Source: an uncultured Erysipelotrichaceae bacterium
GTDB lineage: Bacteria; Bacillota_I; Bacilli_A; RFN20; CAG-826
NCBI GenBank assembly: GCA_902797795.1
Contig: CADBUF010000012.1
Coordinates: forward strand, 232 to 64,231
Length of the DNA: 64,000 nt
Direction: 5' to 3'
The first letter of the stretch is position 1. Each line of letters opens with the position of its first letter. The position numbers and the translations under genes are program-made. Under the pieces are notes generated by a model. The model had not been told where the DNA came from. It searched no databases and saw only the letters and a list, made by a program, of their open reading frames with translations. Below are positions 57,357 through 64,000 of this stretch, piece after piece.

Positions 57357-57629
57357 CATTTACTTAATTAGATTGCGCCAATAGGTATATCGCTCCACAC
57401 TAAATAGTCAATAAGCAATTTATAACGGAGTTAATAATATAGAGCATTTAACAAAATTCCATCAAAATACTTAAGCGACGAAATCAAATATCTTTTAGCT
57501 ATATATTTGTTCCCACCATGCCTAAATCTTGGAAAAAAGAAAATTCACATCTTTTTAACACTTTTTTCATTTGCTGGTGCGGTTAATACATAATATTCGT
57601 TTTTTCAGGTGTTTAATGTCATTAAACAA

Positions 57630-58862
57630 TTATTTAAGAAGAGAAGTTAGAAATACCTCGGCTTGGACAGCATTAACACTTTTGTCTATTCTACTTGTAT
57701 CCGTTAGTATCTCAACATAAATCAAGGACTTTTTGCAATCATCATTAATCGCAACCAAATTTCCTATTTCTCTATCGAAATTATCTCCAGTAAGAGAATA
57801 AGCTACCTGAACATGATTACCTGAATAATTAAAATCAATTTCGCCTTCAACGTTGTTTTTCTCACCAATTATTAATAAACCAGTCGAGTCAATCTTATTT
57901 TGCTTTAAATGTAGAAATACGGCAGTTTCTAATGCGGAAGTTAGTTTATGATTCGGAACTTTGCATTGTTCATACGCAATGCCACTATCACAGCAGTAAT
58001 ATTTTTTATTTAGGCCAATCATTTCTAGTGGTGTTTTTCTGCCATACGATTCGTTGTCAAAAGGACTAAATAAGAAAGATTTAGTTACAATGTCTAAATA
58101 ATCTTTAACTTCCCTTCGTAATTGAGCTTTTTGACTTTTATCAAAGCCATAATGTTTGCACATTTCATCGACAACTCTAACAGTACTAAAAGGAGTAGAG
58201 CCCGAGAATAGATTAGACATAATACTATCCATGTCTTCTTTTGATAGATATAAAAAGTTTTCTTTTATTGTTCTATCCACAATATCTAATTGATATATCT
58301 GTTTGTAAATATAATCTATCTCTGTATCTTTTGATTTTGTATTTACAACTGTTGGCAGACCACCATATTTCAAATAATCAAGCAAAGAGTATGTTTTCTT
58401 AACAGCTCTAATTTCTTTGAAAGTTAAAGGATAGAGATATACTATATCCGCTAATTCTTTAAAACTTTCAACTATATCAGCGGACAAAGTATTGCTGTTC
58501 GAACCAGTAACATACAAATCAATATTTGGATAATCATAGATAAAATCTTTAAGAACTTTGTGATAGTTTTCTGCTTCTTGAACTTCATCTATGAAAATGA
58601 TTTCTGGATTGCTGTCTACGACGGTTTTTAATAGTGATCTGAACAACTCTTCGCTTTTATATTTCTTGTGCTTTCCAGTTAAATATATTTTTGTAAAAGA
58701 ATTCTTACCGAGCTTATCTTTTTCAGAAACATATTCATAAAATAAAGTATCTAGAAGATATGTCTTGCCACATCTTCTAACTCCGGCAACAATTTTAATC
58801 TTTCCATTATGAAGTTTTTTGTATAATTCTTTTACTTTGGTGTTTCTTTTAAATTTGCTCAT
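57630..58862 (-). CDS. AAA_14 + DUF4143-type P-loop ATPase
   Basis: Walker A GVRRCGKTY, Walker B IIFIDEVQ. Probable start ATG at 58862 (GGAG 9 nt upstream, 1 nt after the upstream TAA) rather than the ORF-track start 58877. Confidence 0.7.
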   Translation of the reverse strand: MSKFKRNTKVKELYKKLHNGKIKIVAGVRRCGKTYLLDTLFYEYVSEKDKLGKNSFTKIYLTGKHKKYKSEELFRSLLKTVVDSNPEIIFIDEVQEAENYHKVLKDFIYDYPNIDLYVTGSNSNTLSADIVESFKELADIVYLYPLTFKEIRAVKKTYSLLDYLKYGGLPTVVNTKSKDTEIDYIYKQIYQLDIVDRTIKENFLYLSKEDMDSIMSNLFSGSTPFSTVRVVDEMCKHYGFDKSQKAQLRREVKDYLDIVTKSFLFSPFDNESYGRKTPLEMIGLNKKYYCCDSGIAYEQCKVPNHKLTSALETAVFLHLKQNKIDSTGLLIIGEKNNVEGEIDFNYSGNHVQVAYSLTGDNFDREIGNLVAINDDCKKSLIYVEILTDTSRIDKSVNAVQAEVFLTSLLK

Positions 58863-58863
58863 A

Positions 58864-59958
58864 TTATTGGACTCCATAAGTTAAAAAGTTTTTTACGCTC
58901 ATATATGTAACACCGTGTTCATCGACATAAGTATCAATATCGTCCATGATAATAATGAATCTTGGATACAGCGATCTATATCTATAGTATCTCTCCAAAG
59001 AATCTTGATTTTCTGTAAAATATAATTTCAATAAAAATTGTTTGGTTTTTGAAACCACGAAATATGTATTTGCTAAAGCGTTAGAATGCTTATTCTCGCT
59101 ATTGCGATAGACCGCTTTGTATGTGAGATTATTATCATTAATTAATTTAGCAATAATCGCAGTTTCATAAACGCTTCTTCTTTGCTTATCTATATTAGTT
59201 ACACTCCTACATATTTGTGATATGTCCGCTGGATAACAGTATAAATAATTGGGTAGTTTGTCCATTTTTTTTAAATCAAATCTGTTTAATGCATAGAAGA
59301 ATCTATGATGTGCAGCGTAATTGAAAATGCCAACAAATGTATTTAAACTAACGTCTGGCGACATATTCTCAAACATTCCTCTAAAGTTTACAGGATAGCC
59401 GACATTTTTCGCTATATAATCGCATATCTTTTCCACTTCGTTTTTATACTTGAATGTTGGAATATAATCAAATAGTTTTTCATCAGTGTCTTCAACATAA
59501 TTAAGTAAATCAAAAGTATGATGATTATCCAAGAAATCGCTATACAAAAAAGGTGGAAATGCAATATACTGTACTCTTCCTCTAATCACGGTTGATCGAT
59601 TACCTAACAAATCTTCTAAATGAATATTGGATGAAGCGATTAAATCAACATTCGAATTACCAGCAAATAGATTGATAATCCCATCTATATCGTTATAATC
59701 TGGTAGCCTATCAATTATAAAAATCTTTTTTACACTATCTTCTGTTGAAAGGTTTTCTGAAAGATGTTCTAACAAATCAACCTTTGTAAATACACTGCCT
59801 ATATAATAAACATTCTTAAAAGTTTGTCTAATTTCATCCACTAGAAATTCTTTCATGGTTTTTGAATAAGCGCCACAAAGGATTTTTACTTTTCCATTTC
59901 CTAAGCTACTCTTTATTTCTTTTTTAATATTATCTCTCATGATTAAACTATAAAGCAT
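58864..59958 (-). CDS. degenerate paralog of the downstream AAA_14-type ATPase (pseudo-ATPase; Walker A/B not conserved)
   Basis: 364 aa, alignable with the downstream ATPase (KVKILCGAYSKT vs KIKIVAGVRRCGKT; IFIIDRLP vs IIFIDEVQ). Translationally coupled to the downstream gene. No convincing SD at either candidate start. Confidence 0.5.
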   Translation of the reverse strand: MLYSLIMRDNIKKEIKSSLGNGKVKILCGAYSKTMKEFLVDEIRQTFKNVYYIGSVFTKVDLLEHLSENLSTEDSVKKIFIIDRLPDYNDIDGIINLFAGNSNVDLIASSNIHLEDLLGNRSTVIRGRVQYIAFPPFLYSDFLDNHHTFDLLNYVEDTDEKLFDYIPTFKYKNEVEKICDYIAKNVGYPVNFRGMFENMSPDVSLNTFVGIFNYAAHHRFFYALNRFDLKKMDKLPNYLYCYPADISQICRSVTNIDKQRRSVYETAIIAKLINDNNLTYKAVYRNSENKHSNALANTYFVVSKTKQFLLKLYFTENQDSLERYYRYRSLYPRFIIIMDDIDTYVDEHGVTYMSVKNFLTYGVQ

Positions 59959-60113
59959 CTGTAAAATAATTTCAATTTTTAATTATTGTTTTTGATTTTT
60001 TTGACATTTTTTGCAAAATAATTCAGTACAATAACTGTCTAATCAAAAGCAGAGAGCTCAAAATAATTGATACCTTTAAAAACCAATGCAAGGAAACAGA
60101 GTGCTTCAATCCA

Positions 60114-63113
60114 TTAATCCTTCTTTTTTGGGCTACTGCAGAATTCAAGCAGTTTTAGTTGAGGGATTCCTGTTATTTTAGAAATATTAGCACACTGCTC
60201 ACTATTTAAACCATTTTTTATGGCAAACACACGCACAACTCTATTAATAATTAATAATTTTTCTTTATTCTTTTCTGGTTCTTTATAGAAATATTTTATT
60301 TGGCTACAGAAAGCATCAAAGTTTCCTGTCTCAGCATAAGTAATAATCTTAAATAATTTTTTAAAGAAAACATCATCCTCTAGTTTATTAATTATTGGCA
60401 ATGATACTCTCGAACTAATGATGTTTGACATTGTTGTTTCAATATTCAAAACAAAAGTAATTAGCATATCATAAAAAGCGTGAACGATATCCATATCTTC
60501 AACTTGTTTAATAATGCGTTCATTAATACCATTTTCTTTTGCGTTGTCAATCCATTGCTTTTTGGCATTATTAAAATCTTCTTCAACTTCTTTGATTTCT
60601 TCTTCACTGCTAAAGCTGAAAAGCAAGTTCACAATTTTCAAAGATGCAGAGATTGTTTTATCCAAAAACAAATATCTTGTCTCGGAATCTATTTCGCTAG
60701 GAAAACCAGCAATTACTTTGCAAGATATCTCAATTAATTTTGCAATTTTATTAATGGCGTTGATTTCTTTATCTTCTTCTACATCAAAAGCCTTCCTTTC
60801 ATTATCTCTTGCTGATTCGATTCTTCTTCTATTTTCTGTATCCAATCTTTCATATAAAGCTTTCTTGTTCTCAGCTTGTCTTTTGGTTTCGGGAATCAAC
60901 TTTTTATTAAGTTTTAGAATAGGATTATTTTTTGTTTCAAAGTTTATTTCCTCAAACTTGCTTAAAAGCTTGTCTAAAGTGTCATGGATATCAAAAAACA
61001 CGTTGATAGTTTTAAGCTGGTAAACGACGAAAACAAAGATGTCGCCATTTATTCCGTAAACAATATTATCAACAATCTTATTGAAATAATCTGTTTTGCC
61101 AGATTGGTAAAGCCTGATAATTTCTAGCGATGCAAAATAAGCTAAAAATGAATTTCTTTCAAACCTATACTCGTTGTCTTCTTTATAGACAAGTTTTGAA
61201 CCAACTAGAATTCTAAGAACATCTTCGTCGGTTAATTTGATATGAGTAAAGTCTTTGCGTCTTTCTTTTACACATTTTGAAATATCTGCAAAGTCAAAAG
61301 AAGATCCTTGCTTAACAAACACCGTGTGCAAAGCAAGAAGCTGGATAACGCTTATACAATCATCTAAAGACTCTCCGTTAGATGCGTTTAATATGGCGCT
61401 TCTCAAAGAATGTTCAAAAATAATGGTGAAAGCGTTTTGGGTATCACGTTCTTGGTAGAGTTTATTGTTATATATTTGAGAAATTAATGGTAGCAAATAG
61501 CTCGGATCAGAAATATCCAAAACACTACAGGTTGAAATAGAAGCCTCAATAGCATTTGTAATTAATGACAATTCATTTTCGCTAATAATATTCTTTTGTT
61601 TTAAATATTTGTTATAGAATTCGATTCTTTGCTTAATTGAGAAACCACCTATGATGAACGTTTCGTTTTCTTCGAAATATCTCTTTATTAAATTACTTAG
61701 TGATTCGTTCTTTTGAATAGAGGAAACGATAATAATGCCAAACTTTTCTTTCAAATAATCCAGTATTTCATTCTTTTTGTAATCCTTTTCAACACAATCA
61801 AAATTATCAATTAAAATAATCTTTTCATCTAATGGTGATTCAATAAAATCATCATATACATTGATTGCACTTCTATATTCCTCATTAAAAGCGTTTTTAA
61901 TCGCTGTCTCAATGTTGTTAGGATATTCATATTTGACATCAAGGTATATGCACCATTTGTCATTTTTAAAATATTCAAACAACCTATGCAGCAAGATACT
62001 TTTTCCACAATTTGGATTTCCGAACAAATAAACTTTATGTTGCTTTCCGATATGGTCTACAAAAGATTGAAAATCGTTAATGTTTTCCTGCTTGCCGGAA
62101 GCTTTCAATAAAGGCATTACAAAAATGTCTCTCTCACGAACATCATCTTTCAACAAAGGGTTGATAATAGTCGAAATAAAAGTGTCTTTAATTAATAAAG
62201 GCGTGTTAGTTTTTAGATTCTCTTTTTCAAAATGGTGCCTTTTGAATTTATTCTTTTTATAATCAAACACAAATTTAAACATTTCGCAACGGCTGCAATC
62301 ATCGTTGACATAATAAGCGGCCAAACTACCAGTTATTGCTCCTGAGTTTACATTTAATTCGCCGCCTTTTGAAATGATTGTCGAGCCTTCTTCATAATCA
62401 ATTCTTACTTCTTTAATTTCACAAGTATGCTCATGACCATAAAATCCAAATGTAGCAACAGTATTCTCAAAGTCTTCAAGAGCTGTTTTTGCACTGTACA
62501 CAAACCAATCTGGTCTATGATGTGAAACAAGTATCTCTATGGTTGTCTTTCCTTTTTGAGGATCTCCATGAATTGGATAATTGTTTGGTAGCAAATAATG
62601 AATTCCTTTATCTTTATCATTAGAGCCCAACATAGAAAAAGGCGCAGAATTGACTAATACAAAATGGAATCTTGTTTTATTGGTATCAAACGTCTTATAG
62701 ACAATACTATTTTTTGAAAAATCAATGCCGTATTTCTTGCAATAATTGATTGACTGTTTTTGGTTTTTAAGCGTTTCAACATACAGTTTCTTAACGTCGC
62801 CACTTTTCATGTTTGTGATGGAACGATACTGTTCTTGCTTGCTTTCATCAATTGATATGTCATGATTCCCAGGGACAAGGATTAATTGGCAATCAACACC
62901 ATATTTTCTGTCTATTAATCCTTTTATGTTGTTAATCAAAACATCAAAAGCAGATATCTCTTCATCAAGATGTTGTTGGCTAAAGTCACCAGTAAAAATA
63001 ATAAAGCAATTCTCAACCGCAATACCTGATGGCAATTCAGAAACAATGCCATTGATATCAACCGTAGAAGAATCCCCAATATGTATATCGCTTAAATGTA
63101 ATAATAGAGTCAT
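60114..63113 (-). CDS. calcineurin-like metallophosphoesterase domain fused to STAND/AAA-type P-loop NTPase and C-terminal alpha-helical region
   Basis: Likely start at 63113 (MTLLLHLSDIHIG; AGGGGAG RBS), not the ORF-track 63197. Phosphoesterase motifs DIH / FTGD / PGNHD / GHEHT. Walker A LFGNPNCGKS, Walker B IILIDNFD. About 400-aa helical C-terminus. Confidence 0.65.
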   Translation of the reverse strand: MTLLLHLSDIHIGDSSTVDINGIVSELPSGIAVENCFIIFTGDFSQQHLDEEISAFDVLINNIKGLIDRKYGVDCQLILVPGNHDISIDESKQEQYRSITNMKSGDVKKLYVETLKNQKQSINYCKKYGIDFSKNSIVYKTFDTNKTRFHFVLVNSAPFSMLGSNDKDKGIHYLLPNNYPIHGDPQKGKTTIEILVSHHRPDWFVYSAKTALEDFENTVATFGFYGHEHTCEIKEVRIDYEEGSTIISKGGELNVNSGAITGSLAAYYVNDDCSRCEMFKFVFDYKKNKFKRHHFEKENLKTNTPLLIKDTFISTIINPLLKDDVRERDIFVMPLLKASGKQENINDFQSFVDHIGKQHKVYLFGNPNCGKSILLHRLFEYFKNDKWCIYLDVKYEYPNNIETAIKNAFNEEYRSAINVYDDFIESPLDEKIILIDNFDCVEKDYKKNEILDYLKEKFGIIIVSSIQKNESLSNLIKRYFEENETFIIGGFSIKQRIEFYNKYLKQKNIISENELSLITNAIEASISTCSVLDISDPSYLLPLISQIYNNKLYQERDTQNAFTIIFEHSLRSAILNASNGESLDDCISVIQLLALHTVFVKQGSSFDFADISKCVKERRKDFTHIKLTDEDVLRILVGSKLVYKEDNEYRFERNSFLAYFASLEIIRLYQSGKTDYFNKIVDNIVYGINGDIFVFVVYQLKTINVFFDIHDTLDKLLSKFEEINFETKNNPILKLNKKLIPETKRQAENKKALYERLDTENRRRIESARDNERKAFDVEEDKEINAINKIAKLIEISCKVIAGFPSEIDSETRYLFLDKTISASLKIVNLLFSFSSEEEIKEVEEDFNNAKKQWIDNAKENGINERIIKQVEDMDIVHAFYDMLITFVLNIETTMSNIISSRVSLPIINKLEDDVFFKKLFKIITYAETGNFDAFCSQIKYFYKEPEKNKEKLLIINRVVRVFAIKNGLNSEQCANISKITGIPQLKLLEFCSSPKKKD

Positions 63114-63596
63114 CAAGTACTCCCCTATCTCGTATCTATAAAATATTATGTTATAAGAAATCTTATTAATAAAGAAAATAAGCATACAAATGAACAATAA
63201 TAAGAATAATAATCTTTAAATAATAAAATTTCGGAAACACGACAATCATCTTCGTGAGTAATCATATGTTAACATATGTAAGATTTAAACCATAGCTAGT
63301 AGACTTCATAGATCATATCTTGCGATATTGGATCGAGAAAGGCCCATTTCATCCGCGAATTGTGTTTGGCTTAAGTTGAATAGTTTTCTAATTGTTTTTT
63401 ATGTCTTTTTTACATTGAATGTTTTCACAAACAAATTGTAGCATTTGCTACATTTTATTTTAAGATTGCACTGATTAAATAGAAAAGACCTATTTATAGG
63501 TCTTTAATATCTATATCAGTAGTAATTGTGGTTGTCTAAGGTCAGTTATTCAATTTGATCTAAAAATTCGTATAGTTTTTGAAATTAAAGGCATTA

Positions 63597-63646
63597 AAAA
63601 AGTACCTCTAGTTCTAGAAATTAGATAGAGGTACCTTTTATTATTT
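63597..63646 (-). terminator. rho-independent terminator for the minus-strand gene ending at 63657
   Basis: On the minus strand: AGGTACCTCTAtctaatttctagaacTAGAGGTACT hairpin followed by TTTTTT. Confidence 0.6.
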
Positions 63647-63656
63647 TTTAAGATTA

Positions 63657-64000
63657 TTATTTTTCAGTGATTACTACTTTAATCTCACTAACTCCTTTAA
63701 CAGGAATTAAAGTAAAGGAATAATCTTGTTCATTAAATGGAACATTAGCCCCGTTATAAGTAATAACGATATTCTTATCAAATAAAGAGTGTTCATCATC
63801 ATTACCCGCTAATTTGTAGCTAACAGGTTCTCCAACATTAACTGGTTCACTAGTTAATCCTTCGATTTTATATCCTTCGCTGATATTTGCAGTTAGGACT
63901 ACTTTTTGATTAATAGTTTGGACTAAGAATTCATATTCGCTTCTAGAAGCGTCAAAAACATAAGTTGCAACTCCTAATTCATTAACTAAGTAATCAGTTC
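63657..64000 (-). CDS. C-terminal part of an unknown (probably surface/beta-rich) protein; gene starts beyond window end
   Basis: Open frame to window edge ending ...NIVITYNGANVPFNEQDYSFTLIPVKGVSEIKVVITEK, stop TAA at 63657-63659, followed by a terminator. Confidence 0.35.
   Translation of the reverse strand, partial: TDYLVNELGVATYVFDASRSEYEFLVQTINQKVVLTANISEGYKIEGLTSEPVNVGEPVSYKLAGNDDEHSLFDKNIVITYNGANVPFNEQDYSFTLIPVKGVSEIKVVITEK

Noticed and set aside
57363-57629. About 270-nt gap between the ATPase stop and its terminator as a small ncRNA or sORF
   Set aside because: No ORF of 60 aa or more, no convincing promoter plus terminator pair of its own. Could simply be a long 3' UTR.
57148-63656. 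Integrated mobile element / prophage remnant
   Set aside because: No integrase, transposase, recombinase, tRNA target or flanking direct repeats were recognisable. Treated as an accessory/defense island without claiming mobility.
1-64000. CRISPR arrays, tRNA, rRNA genes
   Set aside because: No regularly spaced direct repeats, no cloverleaf-compatible 70-90 nt segments in the intergenic regions, and no rRNA-like GC-rich stretches were seen. The longest non-coding gaps (57148-57629, 63198-63656) contain only short palindromes.

Overview
AT-rich low-GC Firmicutes-type chromosomal window (Clostridia/Erysipelotrichia-like codon usage, strong GGAGG-type ribosome-binding sites, tightly packed operons), almost entirely coding, mostly on the minus strand. 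All calls are from reading motifs by eye; no searches were run. (1) 1-13.1 kb: an N-heterocycle (purine/pyrimidine-type) catabolic supercluster with two complete xanthine-dehydrogenase-family molybdenum-hydroxylase trimers (FAD + 2Fe-2S + Mo subunits), MocA-like cofactor cytidylyltransferase, SsnA-like aminohydrolase, cyclic amidohydrolase, PreA/DHOD-like Fe-S flavoprotein, two PLP fold-II enzymes and a divergent carbamate kinase. (2) 13-20.5 kb: housekeeping genes (CPBP protease, lgt, serA, serC, DUF1015, gdhA). (3) 20.7-26 kb: TetR / GPH-type transporter / GH36-like hydrolase / GT28-like glycosyltransferase locus. (4) 26-39 kb: cell-envelope and accessory genes, namely two divergent acyltransferase-3 genes, a secreted class-3 lipase lipoprotein co-operonic with a PAD_porph-family (agmatine/peptidyl-arginine deiminase-like) lipoprotein, an S41 peptidase lipoprotein, a Phd/YefM-like antitoxin plus an unusual ParE/RelE-GNAT fusion toxin, cardiolipin synthase, and two paralogous K+-channel-like genes. 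(5) 39-51.1 kb: the most striking system, one tight minus-strand operon with Sfp-type PPTase -> 2411-aa dimodular NRPS (C-A-T-C-A-T-R) -> MATE exporter fused to an RsbW-like anti-sigma-factor kinase domain -> STAS antagonist -> extracytoplasmic-sensor HAMP-PP2C phosphatase-kinase. This is a peptide-aldehyde/pyrazinone-type biosynthetic cluster hard-wired to a sigma-factor-less partner-switching module. (6) 53-57.1 kb: hydantoinase / N-carbamoyl-amino-acid amidohydrolase / amino-acid permease locus. (7) 57.3-63.6 kb: a terminator-bounded accessory (defense-like) island encoding a calcineurin-like metallophosphoesterase fused to a STAND/AAA-type P-loop NTPase (about 1000 aa) and a tandem pair of AAA_14/DUF4143-type ATPase paralogs, one with degenerate Walker motifs. 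No rRNA, tRNA, CRISPR array, transposase or integrase was recognised.
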